A program made the translations under genes and the position numbers. The notes under the pieces are model-generated. The model made no database searches. It saw only the letters and a list, made by a program, of their open reading frames with translations, and was not told the origin of the DNA. Shown piece after piece: positions 15,435-24,108 of a stretch of 32,000 nucleotides of DNA. Positions within the stretch are counted from its first letter, which is position 1. Each line of letters starts with the position of its first letter. Source of the DNA: Candidatus Saccharimonadota bacterium (GTDB lineage Archaea > Nanohalarchaeota > Nanosalinia > Nanosalinales > Nanosalinaceae); NCBI RefSeq assembly GCF_029232205.1, contig NZ_CP107255.1, positions 750,001 to 782,000 of the forward strand. The letters run 5' to 3'.

Positions 15435-15553
15435 TTTGGATGCCTCGTACACGAATTTTAGACCGGAAAATATTATAAACCCTGTCGGGTTTCTTTTGAT
15501 TGCTCAACGATAACAAATAAAAGACCAAGCTGTTATCATTCAGGTGTGATACC

Positions 15554-15925
15554 ATGCACCCAGCTGTTAAGATACTAATTGGAGCATTAATGGTTGTAGT
15601 TGGAGTATACTCCACAGCCACCCAGCTTGATAAACTTCTATACCTTGTAAAAGGAAGTATTGGACCTCTTCTGGTTCTCATCGGTGCTTTCATCATCTGG
15701 CTTGAAAGCGATGAATGGAAGATGATGAGAGATAGTTCCAGAGGAGACAGTGTTCAGCAGCAGTTCCAGCCTGCTAACCAGGGAAGCGTCCAGGAAGAAG
15801 TTAAAGAACAGGTAGAGAAAACTGAAGAAGAAGTTGAAGAAGAGAAACACGCCTGTCCAGAATGTGGCAAAGAGTTTGATACCGAGAGAGGAATGAAAAT
15901 CCACTACTCCCAGAAGCACGAATAA
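15554..15925 (+). CDS. two-TM membrane protein with a C-terminal C2H2 zinc finger
   Basis: It has two hydrophobic helices, an acidic linker, and then CPECGKEFDTERGMKIHYSQKH (C-x2-C-x12-H-x4-H). An AGGTG SD lies 7 nt upstream of the ATG. Confidence 0.6.
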   Translation: MHPAVKILIGALMVVVGVYSTATQLDKLLYLVKGSIGPLLVLIGAFIIWLESDEWKMMRDSSRGDSVQQQFQPANQGSVQEEVKEQVEKTEEEVEEEKHACPECGKEFDTERGMKIHYSQKHE

Positions 15926-15997
15926 CAACTCCAAACGCAGAGATTGATATGCGTTAAGCCATAAGTAATGGCTTTCACCATTTCCTAATTTTCTTTT

Positions 15998-17671
15998 CTA
16001 TTTCTGATCTTCGTAAAGGCCTTTAACCTTCTCGAGAGAATCAGCCTCATCCTTATCTTCACGGAACTGCTTCATACGCGGAAACCTGAGTGCGTAACCA
16101 GAGGTGTACTCCGGGCTTTTCTGTATTTCCTCGTATTCGGCCTCTACGATTACTTCAGGCCTTACCTCTACCTTTCTTCCTTCTTCCTTGGTGATGAGTG
16201 GCTTGAGTTTTTCGGTGATTTCCTGGAACTGTTTGTCGGTGAGGCCTGTTGCCATTCGGCCTACCTCAAGGTATTCGTCGTTTTCTTCATCGTAGCATCC
16301 GAGGTAGAGTCGGCCCAGCCATCCGCTTCTTCGGCCTTCACTCCATTTGGCTCCTATTATCGCCAGGTCAAGTGTTTCCATAACGGGTTTCAGTTTTACC
16401 ATGTATCCTACACGGGATCCTGGCTTGTATTCAGCGTCGAGCGATTTCATCATGATTCCTTCGTGGCCGTCGCTGAGGCTTTTCTGCTGCATTTCCTGTA
16501 CTTTTTCCTCTTCAGAAGTTTCTTCGTGGTCGACAGACCTGAGGATTTTCTCCTCTTCCTCTATACTATTGTTGAGTTTCTCCCATCTCTCGCGGTAAGG
16601 CTGGTTGAGAAGAGATTCTTCGTCGTATATCAGGTCGAAAGGCCTTACTTCTACAGGTATTTCTTTTTTCAGTTTCTGGATATCGTACTTTCTCTTGATT
16701 CTCTTTGAGAGCCTCTGGAAAGGTATTGTAGATCCGTCTTCCGGGTTGTATCCCACTATTTCAGAGTCTATTATGCAGTTTTCTGACTTTACGTTTTCCT
16801 CTACGGCCTTGACTACGTCCGGGAACTGTTTTGTGACATCCTCCAGTCTCCGGGTGAATACTTTGACGTCTCCATCTTTGACGTGGATCTGGGCCCTCAT
16901 GCCGTCGTATTTGTAGTCGATTGCGGCTGGTTTTCCGACTGTGTCGAATCCTTCTTCTATAGTATCTACTTTTTTGGCCAGCATGGATTTTATTGGGCGG
17001 AAGAGCTCGATGTCAAGCGAGTTTACTTCTTCAAGGCCTTCTTGACAGGCCTTTGCTACTCTGGAGAAGTCGTTTGTGAAGTCGTATGCTCTCTGTATGT
17101 CTTCTGAGTGTTCTCCGTTGAAGAATGCTTCGTCTAGTGCGTCTCTTACTGTTCCCTCTCCTATTCCTAGTCTGAGGTGGTTGAGTACTGTTCTTGTTAT
17201 GTAGCGGGCCTCTACTGGTTCTGCGTTGGAGATCAGGTCTGCGATTTCTTTCTTCTTTTTGTCCTGGTTTACTGACTGGCTGAGGCCTTCTTTGTCCATT
17301 TCTGCTACTTTTCTGAGTCTGTCGACGACCATTTCTACTGTGAGGGTTTTGGACATGAGTTTTTGCTGTGTCTTGTTTTTGACCATTTCTTCGGCTGCGA
17401 ATCCTAGGTCTCCTTTTTCTTTCCAGACTTCTTCTATTTCGTCTTTTCCTCTTCCTGTGGCCTGGTGTATTACGTCTATCATTGTCTGGCTTGATACTCC
17501 TATTTCTGGTTCCATCCATTCTGGGTAGATTCTTCCTAGGGCGAGTAGGACTACGTGTTCTAGGTCTTCGTCGGATTCTTTGAATAGTTCTGCTAGTATG
17601 TCTGTTTTTTCTAGGGTGGCCTGTGTCTGGTCCAGTTGCTGGTATGTTTCGACGAGTTTGGAGTATTTCAC
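15998..17671 (-). CDS. lig: ATP-dependent DNA ligase
   Basis: The adenylation motif is DYKYDGMRAQIH, and further ligase motifs include the EGIMMK motif. The GTG start at 17671 gives (M)KYSKLVETYQQLDQT...TDILAELF, matching the archaeal Lig N-terminus. The TTG at 17767 used in the track adds a non-acidic 32-aa extension. Confidence 0.93.
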   Translation of the reverse strand: MKYSKLVETYQQLDQTQATLEKTDILAELFKESDEDLEHVVLLALGRIYPEWMEPEIGVSSQTMIDVIHQATGRGKDEIEEVWKEKGDLGFAAEEMVKNKTQQKLMSKTLTVEMVVDRLRKVAEMDKEGLSQSVNQDKKKKEIADLISNAEPVEARYITRTVLNHLRLGIGEGTVRDALDEAFFNGEHSEDIQRAYDFTNDFSRVAKACQEGLEEVNSLDIELFRPIKSMLAKKVDTIEEGFDTVGKPAAIDYKYDGMRAQIHVKDGDVKVFTRRLEDVTKQFPDVVKAVEENVKSENCIIDSEIVGYNPEDGSTIPFQRLSKRIKRKYDIQKLKKEIPVEVRPFDLIYDEESLLNQPYRERWEKLNNSIEEEEKILRSVDHEETSEEEKVQEMQQKSLSDGHEGIMMKSLDAEYKPGSRVGYMVKLKPVMETLDLAIIGAKWSEGRRSGWLGRLYLGCYDEENDEYLEVGRMATGLTDKQFQEITEKLKPLITKEEGRKVEVRPEVIVEAEYEEIQKSPEYTSGYALRFPRMKQFREDKDEADSLEKVKGLYEDQK

Positions 17672-17693
17672 AGATAGTTTTTTGCCACCTGAA

Positions 17694-17703
17694 GGTTTAA
17701 ACC
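17694..17703. promoter_or_regulatory. palindromic TATA element GGTTTAAACC shared by divergent lig and nitroreductase genes
   Basis: It is a perfect 10-bp palindrome. Its centre (17698.5) lies 27.5 nt from the lig GTG (17671) and 25.5 nt from the nitroreductase ATG (17724). Confidence 0.45.
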
Positions 17704-17723
17704 GTATGCTTCCGCAGTTTGTT

Positions 17724-18371
17724 ATGATGTCTAGCTTTGAGTCAGCCCTGAATCTGAATACTTTCAAAGAGTGCAGAGATGAAACAATTGCCAGAAAAGT
17801 TGTAGGTAAGATTCTGGAGGCTGGCCGTTACGCGCCTTCGCCCGGCAATGTTCAGTGCCTAGAGTTTATTGTTATTGAGAGCGATGATGCTCTACACAAG
17901 CTTGAAGAGTCAACAGGCAACCACAGAATCTCGGAGGCCCCTACCACTATTCTTGTTATCGGTGATCTTCCGCGTATGAGGAAGAGAGTTGGCAGTTCTG
18001 AGGCTAGGAAGGCTTGCATGGCTGAGGCAGCTTTTTCTGTGCAGAACATGAGGCTTGTGGCCTATGAGAATGATTTAGCGTCTATTTTGGTCTCTGGCTT
18101 TGATGAGAACATGGTGGCGCAGAAGTTTGGTGTTCCTGAGGGCAAGGTTCCTTTGATGGCGATTTCTATTGGTTATACTGATAATCCGCAGACTAGCGAG
18201 CATAAGTTCAGGCTTCAGCAGAGATGTTACTACGATAGTTATGGTAGGCAGATTACCTCTGTTTTTGAGGGTCTGGAGTGGAAAGGCCTGAAGGAGGAGA
18301 AGAGGATCTACGGAAAGAAGGCTAAAGGCCTTAGAGACAAGTTACGGCGAAAGTTGAGAAAGGTTTTATAA
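17724..18371 (+). CDS. nitroreductase-family oxidoreductase
   Basis: ILEAGRYAPSPGNVQCLEFIVI and the rest of the nitroreductase fold pattern are present. The ATG at 17724 is preferred, because the track start at 17580 lies antisense within lig. Confidence 0.8.
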   Translation: MMSSFESALNLNTFKECRDETIARKVVGKILEAGRYAPSPGNVQCLEFIVIESDDALHKLEESTGNHRISEAPTTILVIGDLPRMRKRVGSSEARKACMAEAAFSVQNMRLVAYENDLASILVSGFDENMVAQKFGVPEGKVPLMAISIGYTDNPQTSEHKFRLQQRCYYDSYGRQITSVFEGLEWKGLKEEKRIYGKKAKGLRDKLRRKLRKVL

Positions 18372-18454
18372 ACTTTCATTTCTCATTGATTACTAGAGGA
18401 TAATAAAACCTGGCAGGTTTCTGTCTTTGTTGCGCAGAAATCGTGCCGAAAAGG

Positions 18455-18461
18455 TTTATAA
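18455..18461 (+). promoter_or_regulatory. TATA box (TTTATAA, with an A-rich BRE-like CGAAAAGG upstream) for the trmB-like gene
   Basis: It lies about 41 nt upstream of the ATG at 18499. An AGGTG SD sits at 18485-18489. Confidence 0.45.
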
Positions 18462-18498
18462 CTGCCTTCAAGCAACCGTTACTTAGGTGTAAATACAA

Positions 18499-19347
18499 AT
18501 GGTCGCAAGTCAAGAAACACTGGATGCCCTAGAGGATATAGGGCTGAACATGTACGAGCGAAAGATCTACTCTGCTCTATTGGGCAGAGGAGTTTCTACG
18601 GCCGGTGAACTTTCCGAGATGACTAATGTTCCACGTTCACGTGCTTATGATGTTTTAGAGTCTCTGGCCGAGAAAGGTTTCGCCGTCATAAAGTCAAGCA
18701 AACCCATGGAATACGTTGCCATACCACCGAACCAGGCAATTGAGAATATTAAGAAACAGCACAGACAGGAACTGGAGGAGAAACTTGGTCAGCTGGATGG
18801 TTTCAAAGAATCTAAGGCCATTGAAGAGCTTGAAGAGCTTTATGATCAAGGTCTTGATCTTGTAGAGCCTGCTGAAATGTCTGGATCACTTAAAGGCAAG
18901 CATCAGATTGAGCAGCATGTTGGAACAATGTTCCAGGAAGCTCAAAACAGCATTAAGATTCTAACTTCTGAAGAAGGACTGAAGGATCTAAGAGATAACC
19001 ACTACAATCTTCTCAAGGATGCACGCGAGAACGGAGTTAATGTGAAAGTTCTCGGGCCTATCACCGAAGAGAACGCAGATGTAGTTAACGACCTCAAAGA
19101 ATTTGCCGAGGTCAGACATCTTCAGGACAAGGACGAGTTCGATATTCCAAACGGAAGGTTTGCAGTTGTCGACGACGACGCACTTACAATGTCGATGACT
19201 CACGACAAAGTCCACAACACTCAGGAAACAGCTTTCTGGTCAAAGAGTGACCACATGGCTCAGGAAACTCTAAGCCCGATGTTCGACGTTCTATGGCATC
19301 ACTCAGAGGAACCTGAAGGACCGAAAGGCCCTAAGAGACCTGAATAA
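18499..19347 (+). CDS. TrmB-family transcriptional regulator
   Basis: The N-terminal wHTH is LGLNMYERKIYSALLGRGVSTAGELSEMTNVPRSRAYDVLESLAEKGF, followed by a coiled coil and a TrmB-type C-terminal domain. Confidence 0.82.
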   Translation: MVASQETLDALEDIGLNMYERKIYSALLGRGVSTAGELSEMTNVPRSRAYDVLESLAEKGFAVIKSSKPMEYVAIPPNQAIENIKKQHRQELEEKLGQLDGFKESKAIEELEELYDQGLDLVEPAEMSGSLKGKHQIEQHVGTMFQEAQNSIKILTSEEGLKDLRDNHYNLLKDARENGVNVKVLGPITEENADVVNDLKEFAEVRHLQDKDEFDIPNGRFAVVDDDALTMSMTHDKVHNTQETAFWSKSDHMAQETLSPMFDVLWHHSEEPEGPKGPKRPE

Positions 19348-19380
19348 AAAAATCAACACATTTTCTCTTTACTTTTACTT

Positions 19381-20244
19381 TCAGCCAATTTCTGACTTGA
19401 ATGCACTGCTTTCAGAACCAAGTACTGTTTCTGCGATACTTGCCCCCATTAACTGGAAGAAGTTGAATCCTGAAGGTGCTTCAACCTTTCTGAAGTTCAA
19501 CTCCATCCCTGCAAGTTCTTCAGCAGTATCGTATGCTGTCTGACGACCTCCAATTTCATCTACGAGGCCTAGTTCCTCTGCACGAGAACCTAGGAATGGC
19601 TCTCCTGTCTTTACTTCCTGTAGCTGTTCTTCTGAAAGATTTCTTTCCTCTTCAACTTTGCTGTAGAACTCTTCGTGGATCTTATCGGCCTTTGCCTGAA
19701 GCATCTCTTTCTGAGTTTCCGAAATATTCTGGTATGGAGATCCAAGCTCCTTGTACTCTCCTGAAGAAATATTGACGTACTTGAGGCCGAGTTTGTCCAT
19801 AAGGCCTGTGTACTGGAGATATGAGCTTCTAACCCCTATGCTGCCTGTTAGAGAGGCCGAATCTGCTACTATTCTGTCACATCCCAGTGCTGCCATGTAG
19901 GCTCCTGAGGCTCCTACGTCTCTGAATCGGCACACTGTTGGTACGTCTACGGATTCGATTTCGCGCATGAGTTCTTTGGAGGCCACTACTGATCCTCCGC
20001 CGGAGTTGATTTCGTATACTATTGCGTCGACGTTCTGTTGTTGTGCTCTCTGGTTTAGATCCCGTACTTTTTCCGGTGTTATCCCCGAGCTGAAGCCTGA
20101 TGATGTTGGCGTGATACTTCCTGATAACTGGATTACTGCGGCTGTACCTGTTGTCTGGAATAGAGAGTCTAGCGAGAATGCTGCGGCCATTCCTGTTGAA
20201 ATCAGAATAAGTGCTGTCAAAAGCACGGGTATTTTCTTGTTCAT
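19381..20244 (-). CDS. sppA: signal peptide peptidase SppA (S49 family)
   Basis: It has an N-terminal signal/TM helix, then INSGGGSV and the catalytic-Ser region GASGAYMAA. Confidence 0.82.
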   Translation of the reverse strand: MNKKIPVLLTALILISTGMAAAFSLDSLFQTTGTAAVIQLSGSITPTSSGFSSGITPEKVRDLNQRAQQQNVDAIVYEINSGGGSVVASKELMREIESVDVPTVCRFRDVGASGAYMAALGCDRIVADSASLTGSIGVRSSYLQYTGLMDKLGLKYVNISSGEYKELGSPYQNISETQKEMLQAKADKIHEEFYSKVEEERNLSEEQLQEVKTGEPFLGSRAEELGLVDEIGGRQTAYDTAEELAGMELNFRKVEAPSGFNFFQLMGASIAETVLGSESSAFKSEIG

Positions 20245-20311
20245 ACCACAAGTATTGGCCAGCGATTTACTTTAACTTTTCTTTTTAACATTTCAACCTG
20301 TATACCTGATT

Positions 20312-21922
20312 ATGTCTGACTTAAAACAGCTCTCAAGAAAGATAATCGAAGAGATAGAGGCCGGCGAAATACAGGATAAAGACGATGTAGAGACCCGGAA
20401 GAAACAGCTCTGCTCGGAAATGAGTTTCCCAGGCCTTCCGAAGAACTCCGACATTCTCGAGTTCGTTGAGGAGGATGAGAAAAAGGCCCAGAAAGTTCTT
20501 TTGACAAAGCCAACCCGAACACTTTCCGGTATCGCGAATGTTGCGATCATGGCAAGGCCTGCTCCCTGTGGTGGTGGCTGCATCTACTGTCCTAAAGGAA
20601 AGGATGCTCCTCAGAGCTACACCGGCAAGGAGCCAGCAACTCGTAGAGCTATCAGAAACCAGTACGACCCCTTCAAACAGACACACGACAGACTGGGCCA
20701 GTACGAGAAAAATGGCCACAGCATCGACAAATCCAAATTAATCATAATGGGGGGAACCTTCCCGTTCCAGGACCCAGAATACCAGAAAGAGTTTATCAAG
20801 AGGGCGTTCGACGGGCTGAACACGTACAAAGATAAAGATGAGATCGACGATCCTGATGAGTTTGAGGGCGCAGACTCTCTAGAAGAGGCCAAGGACATAA
20901 ACGAGACCGCTGACGTCAGAAATGTAGGAGTGACTTTCGAGACAAGGCCTGATATCGCGGAGACCAAGCATATCGACAGAATACTTGAGATGGGAGGCAC
21001 CCGTGTAGAGATGGGTGTACAGACAGTTTTCGATGAGACTCACGAAATTACTAACAGAGGTCACGGCATGGAGCCTGTAGTCGAGGCCACTAAGAGACTG
21101 AAGAACGCGGGTTTCAAGGTTGCATACCACCTGATGCTAGGGCTTCCGGGAGAAGGCTATGAAGAAGATATCGAGAAGTTCAAAGAGACATTCTCCAACG
21201 CCGACTACCAGCCGGACGAAGTCAAGATCTATCCCTGCGAAGTTATCCAGGGCACCGAACTCTACAGACAGTACGAGGAAGGCGAGTTCGAGCCTATCGA
21301 CGACGACGAGGCCAAAGATAGATTGAAAGAAATACTTAGAGACCATATCCCGCCACATGTCCGTGTAAAGAGAGTTATGAGAGATATTCCATCAACCGAA
21401 GTGGATGCAGGCCCTCAGTTGACAAACATGAGACAGATGGCACTGCAGGAGCTATGGGAGAACGGTGAAAGATCCAGAAATATCCGTGCCAGAGAAGTTG
21501 GCCACGTGAAGAGAAACCACGATCTCGAGCCACAGGAAGAGAATATCGAGCTAGTTGAGCGAGATTATGAGGCCTCTGGAGGACACGAATACTTTGCAAG
21601 CTTCGAGGATACCGAGAACGATATTATTCTTGGTTTCTCAAGGTTGAGAACTACTCCTGAAAGCTTCAGGCCCGAGATCGGCGATGATACTTTGATTGTC
21701 CGTCAGTTGAAGGTTATGGGCAGCGCTACAGATATCGGTGCCGAAGGTGACGACACTCAGCATAAAGGTTACGGAAGCAAGTTGATGGAGAACGCCGAGG
21801 AAAAGGCCCGAGAGCTTGGAAAGGATAAAGTGGTCGTTATCTCAGCTGTCGGTACTCGAGAATACTACAGGAATATGGGATATGAGAAGGAAGGGCCTTA
21901 CATGGTCAAGTATCTGGATTAA
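20312..21922 (+). CDS. elp3: Elp3 radical-SAM/GNAT tRNA U34 modification enzyme
   Basis: 536 aa. The radical-SAM motif is CGGGCIYC, and the C-terminal GNAT motif is QHKGYGSKLMENAE. Confidence 0.92.
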   Translation: MSDLKQLSRKIIEEIEAGEIQDKDDVETRKKQLCSEMSFPGLPKNSDILEFVEEDEKKAQKVLLTKPTRTLSGIANVAIMARPAPCGGGCIYCPKGKDAPQSYTGKEPATRRAIRNQYDPFKQTHDRLGQYEKNGHSIDKSKLIIMGGTFPFQDPEYQKEFIKRAFDGLNTYKDKDEIDDPDEFEGADSLEEAKDINETADVRNVGVTFETRPDIAETKHIDRILEMGGTRVEMGVQTVFDETHEITNRGHGMEPVVEATKRLKNAGFKVAYHLMLGLPGEGYEEDIEKFKETFSNADYQPDEVKIYPCEVIQGTELYRQYEEGEFEPIDDDEAKDRLKEILRDHIPPHVRVKRVMRDIPSTEVDAGPQLTNMRQMALQELWENGERSRNIRAREVGHVKRNHDLEPQEENIELVERDYEASGGHEYFASFEDTENDIILGFSRLRTTPESFRPEIGDDTLIVRQLKVMGSATDIGAEGDDTQHKGYGSKLMENAEEKARELGKDKVVVISAVGTREYYRNMGYEKEGPYMVKYLD

Positions 21923-22303
21923 TTACTCTATTATTTTCTTCTCAAATTCTATATTTTCTTTCTGGCAGGCTTTTTTCACTAGTTTGAAGTAAGGTATTCT
22001 CTGATTCTCTATTTCTTTTGTGAAGTATACTACTTTGGAGGCCTGAAGTTCCTGTAGCTGGTCTCTTACCTTTGGAATCATTTTTCCAACTTCGTCCTGC
22101 ATGAGAAGTTTGTCATAGTATGGAATTTCTTTTTCAGGCTCTATTAAACCGTATTTTCCAGATAAAATTGCAAAATGATGGCCTTTGGTGTTCGACTTTT
22201 CGAATATCTTCTGGATTCTGCTGGAACTGTAACGGCAGATGGCAGGAATCTCTTTTTCTTCGCTGGACTTTTCTTTCGAACAGTAAGTAACGTAGAGCGC
22301 CAT
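21923..22303 (-). CDS. small basic alpha/beta protein, uncharacterised (YCSKEK ... ILSGKYGLI motifs)
   Basis: 126 aa with 23 K+R against 18 D+E, in an otherwise acidic proteome. Two sampled 60-nt lines give about 36% GC. It may belong to a DUF-type family with C-S-x-x-K and ILSxKYGL motifs, but I cannot confirm that. Confidence 0.5.
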   Translation of the reverse strand: MALYVTYCSKEKSSEEKEIPAICRYSSSRIQKIFEKSNTKGHHFAILSGKYGLIEPEKEIPYYDKLLMQDEVGKMIPKVRDQLQELQASKVVYFTKEIENQRIPYFKLVKKACQKENIEFEKKIIE

Positions 22304-22378
22304 AGATGTATCCTCAACGCGGGAAAAATAAAAAGACGGGTAGCCCCCTCCCCATAGAGAGCTACTGCCGATGAACGT

Positions 22379-22660
22379 CTAGTTGGAGTGTGTATTCTTG
22401 AGTTCTTGCCATCTTTCGGAGAACTCATCTTTCATCTGTTCAAGAGCTACTCGCTCTTCATCAGTTAGTTCGTTGGATTCCACTATTTCACGGTAAATCT
22501 TGTACGGATGAGTCGGTACCTCGTCATCCATGTTTTCTTGGAACTGATCCTCAAACTTGTGACGGTGCTCGTTAACTTTATCTTCAAGTACTCCGTCATC
22601 TTCCCATTCATCGGCAAGCTTCTCTTTAGAACTCTTTCCTAAATCCCAGAGGCTTGCCAT
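22379..22660 (-). CDS. hypothetical acidic protein (93 aa)
   Basis: ORF. GGTTAATAATAG (minus strand) is centred about 26 nt upstream of the ATG at 22660, a leaderless layout. Confidence 0.5.
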   Translation of the reverse strand: MASLWDLGKSSKEKLADEWEDDGVLEDKVNEHRHKFEDQFQENMDDEVPTHPYKIYREIVESNELTDEERVALEQMKDEFSERWQELKNTHSN

Positions 22661-22839
22661 ATTGGCAGTAGGGGTTGTAACTATTATTAACCTTTTCCTG
22701 CCGTTTTAGTGCATTCGAGGCCCTCACAGCAAAGATTCGTTGTCACGAGGTAATGAAAACACTTCTTTTTTCTTCATGTTGATTAATAATCTATTCCAGA
22801 AAAATAACTTGTGAAAGATCAGAAAAGGCCGGATAACAG

Positions 22840-23523
22840 ATGAAATTGACCAATATTTTGAAGGAGAGCTTTCAGGAGCTGAAGGATAGGCCAGTCTACT
22901 TCGTACCAAGACTGGCATCAACTTCAATAAGCACGGCCTGGTTTGTATACATTCTTTCGTCAATGGATATTGGTTTCTACCTTGCAAGCGCACCCTTCAT
23001 CATTTTTCTGGGGCTTTTCGTACCAGTAATGGTAGCCTACATGGTCGAAAATAATGCAGGCCTTCTCGAGGGATTCAGAGGAACTTCAAAGAGAATTGGA
23101 GATATCCTGCTAGCAAGCCTGGCCTTTATCGCGCTGGGAGCTATTTCAGCTCTTCCTGCAGTAGCTGGTTCTGCTCTTCTCTACATTAATGGCAATCTTA
23201 TCGCTCCAGTAGTAGGCCTTTCTCTATCAGTAGTATTAATGCTGGCTATAGGTTTTTCAACATACTTTCTGCCGATAACTTTGCTGAGAGAAGGTTTTAC
23301 AGGAGGATTTAGAAAATCTGCAGAGTTTTCAGCCAGCAATCAGAGAGAAGTAACTGCTTTGATCGTCTTCTCATTCCTGCTTTTCGGTGTATCCGCAGCT
23401 TCCAGCGGCGCACTTCAGACAGCTGGCCTTATTGGTTTTGTGATCGGAAGATTGACTTCCGCAGTTGTAGCTACTTATCTGATAGTTGTCAGTCCTAAAT
23501 ACTATCTGGAGAAAGAGAAGTGA
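22840..23523 (+). CDS. polytopic membrane protein, uncharacterised
   Basis: 227 aa with about 6 hydrophobic helices. No family recognised. Confidence 0.55.
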   Translation: MKLTNILKESFQELKDRPVYFVPRLASTSISTAWFVYILSSMDIGFYLASAPFIIFLGLFVPVMVAYMVENNAGLLEGFRGTSKRIGDILLASLAFIALGAISALPAVAGSALLYINGNLIAPVVGLSLSVVLMLAIGFSTYFLPITLLREGFTGGFRKSAEFSASNQREVTALIVFSFLLFGVSAASSGALQTAGLIGFVIGRLTSAVVATYLIVVSPKYYLEKEK

Positions 23524-23530
23524 AAAATGT

Positions 23531-23546
23531 AGGCCTTTTTAGGCCT
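23531..23546. terminator. AGGCCT-TTTT-AGGCCT hairpin between convergent genes
   Basis: Two copies of the self-complementary hexamer can form a 6-bp stem with a 4-nt loop. The second copy overlaps the adkA stop codon (23539-23541), and T-runs follow on both strands. Confidence 0.4.
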
Positions 23547-24108
23547 TTAGAGTGTCGATAAGTTCTCTTGCTGCTTCCTGGGCCTTGCCTTTCTTGTTTT
23601 CGATGATCTTGAGGTATGCTCCTGTGAGTACGCATCCTGCTGAGGCCATTTCTCTTGCGATCTGCCGGTATTCTTCAATGTCGTCTGGTGAGTCGTGTTC
23701 TCTGTTGCGGCCGCTATCGCTGGTGCTTCTTCTGTAGAGTTCTTTTGCTGAGGCATCTAGTACAATGATTTTGCCTGGGTCCAGGTTTTCTACTGTCCAT
23801 TTTGGCAGGCCTGGGATGTATCCGTATGGTGTTTTGATTGCTGCGTGAGTGTCTACAATTACGTTTCCGTCTTCTGCGTCTTCTACTATTGATTCTGCTG
23901 CGTCTTTCTGTATTTCTTTGTATTTTTCTACTCCGATGTCTTTCATGTCGTCTCTTGAGTCGGCGAGGCCTTGTTCTTTTGCTGTTTCGTACATTCTGTC
24001 GCCGTAGTTGATTACTTCGTATTCTTCGTCGGCTAGAAGCATTGCTTCTTCAAGTACTGTGGATTTTCCTACTCCTGAAAGTCCTACTACGATGTTTACG
24101 TTGCTCAT
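23539..24108 (-). CDS. adkA: archaeal-type adenylate kinase
   Basis: The P-loop is GLSGVGKST, followed by VDTHAAIKTPYGYIPGLP, both typical of AdkA. Its ATG overlaps the cca stop (ATGA). Confidence 0.88.
   Translation of the reverse strand: MSNVNIVVGLSGVGKSTVLEEAMLLADEEYEVINYGDRMYETAKEQGLADSRDDMKDIGVEKYKEIQKDAAESIVEDAEDGNVIVDTHAAIKTPYGYIPGLPKWTVENLDPGKIIVLDASAKELYRRSTSDSGRNREHDSPDDIEEYRQIAREMASAGCVLTGAYLKIIENKKGKAQEAARELIDTLKA

Noticed and set aside
17031-17519. 162-aa Arg/Pro-rich ORF inside the ligase gene (similar ones at 639..950, 14575..14763, 14770..15060 and 27020..27337)
   Set aside because: These are same-strand alternative frames of confidently identified genes. Their composition (R, N, P, Q runs) is unlike the acidic proteome, and they have no start context.
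17580-17767. Apparent 188-nt overlap of the ligase and nitroreductase ORFs as given in the six-frame track
   Set aside because: Both upstream extensions start at weak or non-ATG codons and encode non-acidic, Cys/Trp/Ser-rich sequence absent from homologues. Homology-consistent starts (17671 and 17724) remove the overlap.
18406-18420. 15-nt palindrome AAACCTG-G-CAGGTTT upstream of the trmB-like gene, considered as a TrmB operator
   Set aside because: It lies 35 nt after the nitroreductase stop and is followed by a T-rich run, so a terminator hairpin is at least as likely. It is also about 40 nt upstream of the TATA box. The sequence alone does not support an operator call.
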